Shown one piece after another: positions 9,927 through 16,269 of a stretch of 16,269 nt of DNA. Origin of the DNA: Tubiluchus corallicola (taxonomy: Eukaryota; Animalia; Priapulida). Location: assembly GCA_030141605.1 (NCBI GenBank), contig JAQGDQ010002059.1:1-16269 (forward strand), in the 5' to 3' direction. The notes beneath the pieces are model-generated. The model was not told the origin of the DNA, ran no database searches, and saw only the letters and a list, made by a program, of their open reading frames with translations. Position numbers and translations under genes: made by a program. Each line of letters begins with the position of its first letter. The first letter of the stretch is position 1.

Positions 9927-11945
9927 CATGGTTACTCCACGTTCAAGTTGAAACAGGCTTGTCCGCTTTCGAAGATGGTTACTCCATGTTCAAGTTGAAA
10001 CAGGCTTGTCTGCTTTAGAGGATAGTTACTCCATGTTCAAGTTGAAACAGGCTTGTCTGCTTTAGAGGATAGTTACTCCATGTTCAAGTTGAAACAGGTT
10101 TGTCCGCTTTAGAGGATAGTTACTCCATGTTCAAGTTGAAACAGGCTTGTCTGCTTTAGAGGATAGTTACTCCATGTTCAAGTTGAAACAGGCTTGTCCG
10201 CTTTAGAGGATAGTTACTCCATGTTCAAGTTGAAATAGGCTTGTCTGCTTTACAGGATAGTTACTCCATGTTCAAGTTGAAATAGGCTTGACTGCTTTAC
10301 AGGATAGTTACTCCATGTTCAAGTTGAAATAGGCTGTCTGCTTTAGAGGATAGTTACTCCATGTTCAAGTTGAAATAGGCTTGACTGCTTTACAGGATAG
10401 TTACTCCATGTTCAAGTTGAAATAGGCTGTCTGCTTTAGAGGATAGTTACTCCATGTTCAAGTTGAAATAGGCTTGACTGCTTTAGAGGATAGTTACTCC
10501 ATGTTCAAGTTGAAATAGGCTTGACTGCTTTACAGGATAGTTACTCCATGTTCAAGTTGAAACTGGCTTGACTGCTTTAGAGGATAGTTACTCCATGTTC
10601 AAGTTGAAATAGGCTTGACTGCTTTAGAGGATAGTTACTCCATGTTCAAGTTGAAACAGGCTTGTCCGCTTTAGAGGATAGTTACTCCATGTTCAAGTTG
10701 AAATAGGCTTGACTGCTTTAGAGGATAGTTACTCCATGTTCAAGTTGAAATAGGCTGTCTGCTTTACAGGATAGTTACTCCATGTTCAAGTTGAAATAGG
10801 CTTGACTGCTTTACAGGATAGTTACTCCATGTTCAAGTTGAAATAGGCTGTCTGCTTTAGAGGATAGTTACTCCATGTTCAAGTTGAAATAGGCTTGACT
10901 GCTTTAGAGGATAGTTACTCCATGTTCAAGTTGAAACAGGCTTGTCTGCTTTAGAGGATAGTTACTCCATGTTCAAGTTGAAACTGGCTTGTCTGCTTTG
11001 GAGGATAGTTACTCCATGTTCAAGTTGAAACAGGCTTGTCTGCTTTAGAGGATAGTTACTCCATGTTCAAGTTGAAACAGGCTTGTCCGCTTTAGAGGAT
11101 AGTTACTCCATGTTCAAGTTGAAATAGGCTTGTCTGCTTTAGAGGATAGTTACTCCATGTTCAAGTTGAAACAGGCTTGTCCGCTTTAGAGGATAGTTAC
11201 TCCATGTTCAAGTTGAAACAGGCTTGTCTGCTTTAGAGGATAGTTACTCCATGTTCAAGTTGAAACAGGCTTGTCTGCTTTAGAGGATAGTTACTCCATG
11301 TTCAAGTTGAAACAGGCTTGTCTGCTTTAGAGGATAGTTACTCCATGTTCAAGTTGAAACAGGCTTGTCTGCTTTACAGGATAGTTACTCCATGTTCAAG
11401 TTGAAACAGGCTTGTCCGCTTTAGAGGATAGTTACTCCATGTTCAAGTTGAAACAGGTTTGTCTGCTTTAGAGGATAGTTACTCCATGTTCAAGTTGAAA
11501 TAGGGTTGTCCGCTTTACAGGATAGTTACTCCATGTTCAAGTTGAAACAGGCTTGTCCGCTTTAGAGGATAGTTACTCCATGTTCAAGTTGAAATAGGCT
11601 TGTCTGCTTTACAGGATAGTTACTCCATGTTCAAGTTGAAACAGGCTTGTCCGCTTTAGAGGATAGTTACTCCATGTTCAAGTTGAAATTGGCTTGTCTG
11701 CTTTACAGGATAGTTACTCCATGTTCAAGTTGAAACAGGTTTGTCTGCTTTACAGGATAGTTACTCCATGTTCAAGTTGAAATAGGGTTGTCTACTTTAG
11801 AGGATAGTTACTCCATGTTCAAGTTGAAACTGGCTTGTCTGCTTTACAGGATAGTTACTCCATGTTCAAGTTGAAACAGGTTTGTCCGCTTTACAGGATA
11901 GTTACTCCATGTTCAAGTTGAAATAGGGTTGTCCGGTTTCGAGGA
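9927..11945. repeat. Minisatellite/satellite array, 43 copies of a 47-bp unit (four 46-bp deletion units)
   Basis: Consensus GATAGTTACTCCATGTTCAAGTTGAAAYAGGCTTGTCYGCTTTASAG; units start at 9927, 9974, 10021 ... 11897. Confidence 0.98.
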
Positions 11946-12029
11946 AAACAGATCTAAAAACAAAAAAAGCGTAGAACAGCAACTGACTTGTTAAAAGAAT
12001 GAGTAACATATGAAAAAAACATCAAAGAT

Positions 12030-12592
12030 TATAAGAATTTATCTATAAGAATATCTTATGTTAATTACGTATGTTTTAATTACATTATGAAAACTTACAT
12101 TTCATTTGGTAAAGGATTTATCTATAATAATAAAACTATATCTATAAGAATATGCTAAGTTAATTATGTATGTTTTAATTACGTTATTATAACTTACATT
12201 TAATTTGGTAAAGGATTTATCTATAATAATAAAACTATATCTATAAGAATATGTTATGTTAATTATGTATGTTTTAATTATGTTATTATAACTTACATTT
12301 CATTTAGTAAAGGATTTATCTATAATAATAAGACTATATCTATAAGAATTTATCTATAACAATATGTTATGTTAATTATGTATGTTTTAATTACGTTATC
12401 AAAACTTACATTTCATTTGGCAAACGATTTATCTATAAGAATAAAACAAACAACAGCATATTTAGAAAGAATTTAAACAAACAAACATGTTCAAACATGC
12501 CCTTACCTTAATTTTCCTTTCCTTTGCAAACAAAAGAAGCCATCAAAGAAGAAACCACTCGCTGCATTTCATCACAGATTAAGATAATGAAA
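12030..12592 (-). mobile_element. Dispersed repeat copy 2: head (~12447-12592) plus ~4 tandem units (99, 99, 113-bp periods)
   Basis: TCTATAA(T/G)AATAA recurs at 12121, 12220, 12319 and 12432; the head is the reverse complement of 1229-~1375. Confidence 0.72.
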
Positions 12593-13149
12593 GGCGTTTA
12601 AGCATAAGTAGCGAAGAGCCTATAAAATGCTAATCAGCCTCCATTAAGAGGTCTCAGTGGAATATTAAACCCTCAATTAGCTCTCGAATGACTCGAAACC
12701 GAATTGAGACGTTATCTCAATTTAATATTATAATCACGCCGCGCCTATCAAGCCGCTTAACTCACAATTAACGTGTCAATCCGCCCGGAAAATTTAACAT
12801 AAAATATTTACGCAGGGCGCATTATAATACGATTATGCGCGGCTATTATGCACGCCAGTTTAATCGTGTTTTGATTTGAAGTTGATCAAAACACGGGCCC
12901 CGCACGAATGCTTTCAATTTGGGACAAGGTGGATAAGAAAAATCTGGAACGCTGGATTCACAGGAGTTTTTACATTAGAGGGATTTTAAATTCGAATAAC
13001 AGCAAGGCGAGATTTTAAAAACTTTAGTACAATAAATGACGCGCATCTATTGAGATCGCTTTCTGGCTTCCAAAACGAAATTTTTCACTTTGTCATTTTG
13101 TATGTTAGATATAAAATAGTAGCTACCAAAGCATTATAGTAAATCGTTT

Positions 13150-13159
13150 GTATACATAC

Positions 13160-13210
<51 letters not shown>
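13150..13210. repeat. (TA)n microsatellite with TATG/TACA flanks
   Basis: Directly visible. Confidence 0.95.
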
Positions 13211-13331
13211 ATTAATTGACCAACAAAGCTATAATGAGATTACAAATTGCAGGTTTGATATAAGAAGTTGGTCCATAACATACAGTGACGTCATTATAAT
13301 ACAAATTCCATGCATGTTAAAAAACTTTTTA

Positions 13332-13394
13332 ACACACACACGCACGCATGCACGCACACACACACTGCACACGCACACTGACGCGCGTGCACAC
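13332..13394. repeat. Degenerate (CA)n/(CACG)n tract
   Basis: Directly visible. Confidence 0.85.
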
Positions 13395-13420
13395 GCTTCT
13401 CGTCTTGTACCTCTCAACTC

Positions 13421-13451
13421 GTCATCATCATCATCATCATCATAGTCACGG

Positions 13452-13482
<31 letters not shown>

Positions 13483-13925
13483 TGTCATCATTGTCGTCAT
13501 CCTCATCGTCATCATCGTCATCAACATGACCATCATCATTATCATTATCATCATCATCACATCAACACCACCATCATCTACTTCTTCTTCTTCTTCTTCA
13601 TCTTCATCATCATCATCTTCTTCTTCTTCGTCATCACCATCATCATCATCATCATCATCTTCTTCTTCTTCTTCCTCTTCTTCTTCTTCTTCTTCATCTT
13701 CATCACCATCATCATCTTCTTCATCATCATCATCATCCACACCACCATCATCATCTTCTTCATTTTCATCGTCGTCATCATCATGATCATCATCATAATC
13801 ATCTTCATCATCATCATCATCTTCTTCTTCTTCTTCTTCATGATCATCATCATCATCAACACCACCACCATCTTCTTCTTCATCTTCATCATCATCATCA
13901 TCATATTCATCATCATCATCATCAA

Positions 13926-13956
<31 letters not shown>

Positions 13957-13957
13957 T
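13421..13957. repeat. Compound trinucleotide repeat of (CAT)n and (CTT)n blocks with CAC/CGT variants
   Basis: Directly visible; it accounts for the four overlapping low-complexity ORFs. Confidence 0.97.
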
Positions 13958-14500
13958 ACCTCAATCCATGGAGAGATCTAAGTATTATTAAGTCAGAACT
14001 AAACTATTAATTCATAACTAACTAAACAGACGAACAGAGGCGACTGCTTTCCATTTTAACCCCCAGAAACTCTCGTTGACCCAGACAGACAGCGCAAAAG
14101 GTGTCATCATCATCATCATTAGAAGAACAAAGAAAACAGCTTAAGCAGGTTAATTACACGCGAGGTGACGTAGCGCACAGGTGAAAACTACAGATTTGCG
14201 CTCAGACAGACGCGCACAGAGGAAGCTGAGCAAAGTGATGAGGAGGCAGAAGCGCATCAAATATTGAATGTCTGTGTCGGATGAGTCATGTAAAATTCAG
14301 CAGACATCGGTGGGATAAATCAATGGACTCGTACAATGGAAAATGCATAAAACATGCGCCGGTTGAAGTAGGCAGGGTGGAAGATGGCAAAAATGGGTGA
14401 CAGGACCACCGGCGAAGGGGTGTTCTCGGGCAGTGTCTATGTGAAACTACCCCCCGCCCCCAAAGAGGAGTAAATAAAGATCGTAAATTAAAGTAATAAA

Positions 14501-15138
14501 TGTTAAAACAGCGTTCAACATGGCTGCTGTAAAAGTGGTTTAAATCGTTTAATAATTGTTAAAAACAGAGTTCAGCATGGCTGCTGTAAAAGTGGTTTAA
14601 ATCGTTTAATAATTGTTAAAAAGAGCGTTCAACATGGCTGATCTAAAAGTGGTTTAAATCATTTAATAATTGTTAAAAACAGAGTTCAACATGGCTGCTG
14701 TAAAAGTGGTTTAAATCGTTTAATAATTGTTAAAAAGAGCGTTCAACATGGCTGCTGTAAAAGTGGTTTAAATCATTTAATAATTGTTAAAAACAGAGTT
14801 CAACATGGCTGCTGTAAAAGTGGTTTAAATCATTTAATAATTGTTAAAAACAGCGTTCAACATGGCTGATCTAAAAGTGGTTTAAATCATTTAATAATTG
14901 TTAAAAACAGAGTTCAACATGGCTGATCTAAAAGTGGTTTAAATCATTTAATAATTGTTAAAAACAGCGTTCAACATGGCTGATCTAAAAGTGGTTTAAA
15001 TCATTTAATAATTGTTAAAAACAGCGTTCAACATGGCTGATCTAAAAGTGGTTTAAATCATTTAATAATTGTTAAAAACAGCGTTCAACATGGCTGCTGT
15101 AAAAGTGGTTTAAATCATTTAATAATTGTTAAAAACAG
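14501..15138. repeat. Tandem array, 11 copies of a 57-bp unit
   Basis: TGTTAAAAACAGMGTTCAACATGGCTG(CTG/ATC)TAAAAGTGGTTTAAATCRTTTAATAAT; TGGCTG recurs every 57 bp from 14521 to 15091. Confidence 0.97.
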
Positions 15139-15672
15139 TTTAAACATTTAAAATACGTTTAAAACAGTGTTTGACATTGCTTCTTTAAAAGTACTTGAAA
15201 CTTTAAATCATTTAAAATTTGTTTAAAGTAGTATTCAACATGGCTTTTTGACGAACATTGAAATCTTACTTTGCCAGCTTGCTTTGTGATTTCAAAATGA
15301 TTATTATTTGATGAGTTTTGGCGTTGTACAAATTAAGAGAAGGTTTTTGGGGATTTTTTCTCCCTAATCATCAAGGATTTTTCCCTATCGAAGACAAGTC
15401 ATATAGAAAGCAAATAAATAAACTTTAGATCCATCTCTTAACTTTGAACTCAATTGGGTTTAAATTCCCAAAACAAGCCGTCAAAAACAGACTTCAATGT
15501 TCGTCAAAAAGCCATGCTGAATACTACTTTGAACAAATTTTAAATAATTTAAAGTTTCAAGTACTTTTAAAGAAGCAATGTCAAACACTGTTTTAAACGT
15601 ATTTTAAATGTTTAAACTGTTTTTTAGTACTTATTAAACGATTTAAACCACTTTTACAGCAGCCATGTTGAA
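15084..15672. repeat. Inverted repeat with ~180-bp arms (15084-15265 / 15489-15672) and ~225-bp spacer; foldback-like
   Basis: E.g. TTCAACATGGCTTTTTGACGAACATTGAA (15234) versus TTCAATGTTCGTCAAAAAGCCATGCTGAA (15493). The left arm includes the last 57-bp unit. Confidence 0.92.
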
Positions 15673-15900
15673 TACTACTTTGAACAATTTTAAAAGATTT
15701 AAAGTTTCAAGCCATTTTAAAGAAACCGTGTCAAAACACTGTTTTAAACTATTTTTGCAGTCACCATTTGTTTTTGGCACTTATTAAATGATTTAAACCA
15801 TTTTTAGAGAAGACGCATTGAACTTGGCTTCAAGCATTCATCGCAGATTTTAAATATTTTAAAGCATTTTTGAGAAGCCCTGTTAAACTTTGTTTTGAAC
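15510..15900. repeat. Diverging ~151-bp repeat (2 clear copies plus a degenerate partial third)
   Basis: AGCCATGYTGAATACTACTTTGAACAA at 15510 and 15661; weaker similarity from 15811. Confidence 0.8.
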
Positions 15901-16269
15901 AAATCTTAAATGTTTTCCATCATTTTAGAGGCAACAATTGTTTATAGAAAAATTTTCAAGGTTGGAAACCCGTTATGGAGCTGCCACGAGGAAGCCAAGC
16001 TTTAAATGTTTCAAACCAAATGTACAGAAGCATTTCGTGCAAAATTTTAAATGTATTCCATCATTTTAGAGGCAACAATTGTTTATAGAAAAATTTTCAA
16101 GGCTGGAAACCCGTTATGGAGCTGCCACGAGGAAGCCAAGTTTTAAATGTTTCAAACCAAATGTATAGAAGCATTCCGTGCAAAATTTTAAATGTTTTTC
16201 ATCATTTTAGAGGCAACAATTGTTTATAGAAAATTTTTCAAGGTTGGAAACCCGTTGTGGAGCTGCCAC
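15901..16269. repeat. Tandem array of a 141-bp unit, ~2.6 copies, runs off the window end
   Basis: CATTTTAGAGGCAACAATTGTTTATAGAAAA at 15921, 16062 and 16203. Confidence 0.96.

Noticed and set aside
9927-11945. CRISPR array (regular period, palindromic core ending TTGAAAC)
   Set aside because: The segments between cores are only ~18 bp and are near-identical variants of one sequence rather than unique spacers. There are no cas genes and the context is eukaryotic.
12817-12840. Short hairpin GCGCATTAT...ATTATGCGC
   Set aside because: Too short and imperfect to distinguish from chance.
13229-14010. His-rich/hydrophobic 220-aa ORF and overlapping Ser-, Asp/Glu- and Met/Lys-rich ORFs
   Set aside because: Trinucleotide and CA repeats lack stops in most frames; multiple simultaneous homopolymeric ORFs indicate a simple repeat.
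14501-15138. 57-bp (19-codon) unit as a coding repeat (VKNRVQHGCCKSGLNRLII)
   Set aside because: The B allele puts an in-frame TGA in 5 of 11 units, and there is no in-frame start.

Overview
AT-rich, repeat-dominated non-coding eukaryotic DNA, probably animal intergenic or intronic sequence (taxon is inferred from microsatellites, satellites and the lack of gene density). I recognise no protein-coding gene; most listed ORFs fall in simple repeats and the rest show no recognisable protein. The main contents are: a ~1.1 kb foldback element with ~335-bp inverted arms and a CACTA-type right end (1-1096); a 'head + 99/113-bp VNTR' element present twice in inverted orientation (1229-1567, 12030-12592); twin palindromes sharing one loop (2399-2849); a ~190-bp repeat that switches strand (5941-6626); a probable solo hAT end (9351-9482); a 43-copy 47-bp satellite with an invariant core and a variable tail (9927-11945); a CAT/CTT trinucleotide block; and a 57-bp array growing out of one arm of another foldback, followed by related 151- and 141-bp repeats (14501-16269). 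A GC-richer unique island (8832-9097) has minus-strand splice signals and may be an exon. All coordinates and identities were counted by eye.
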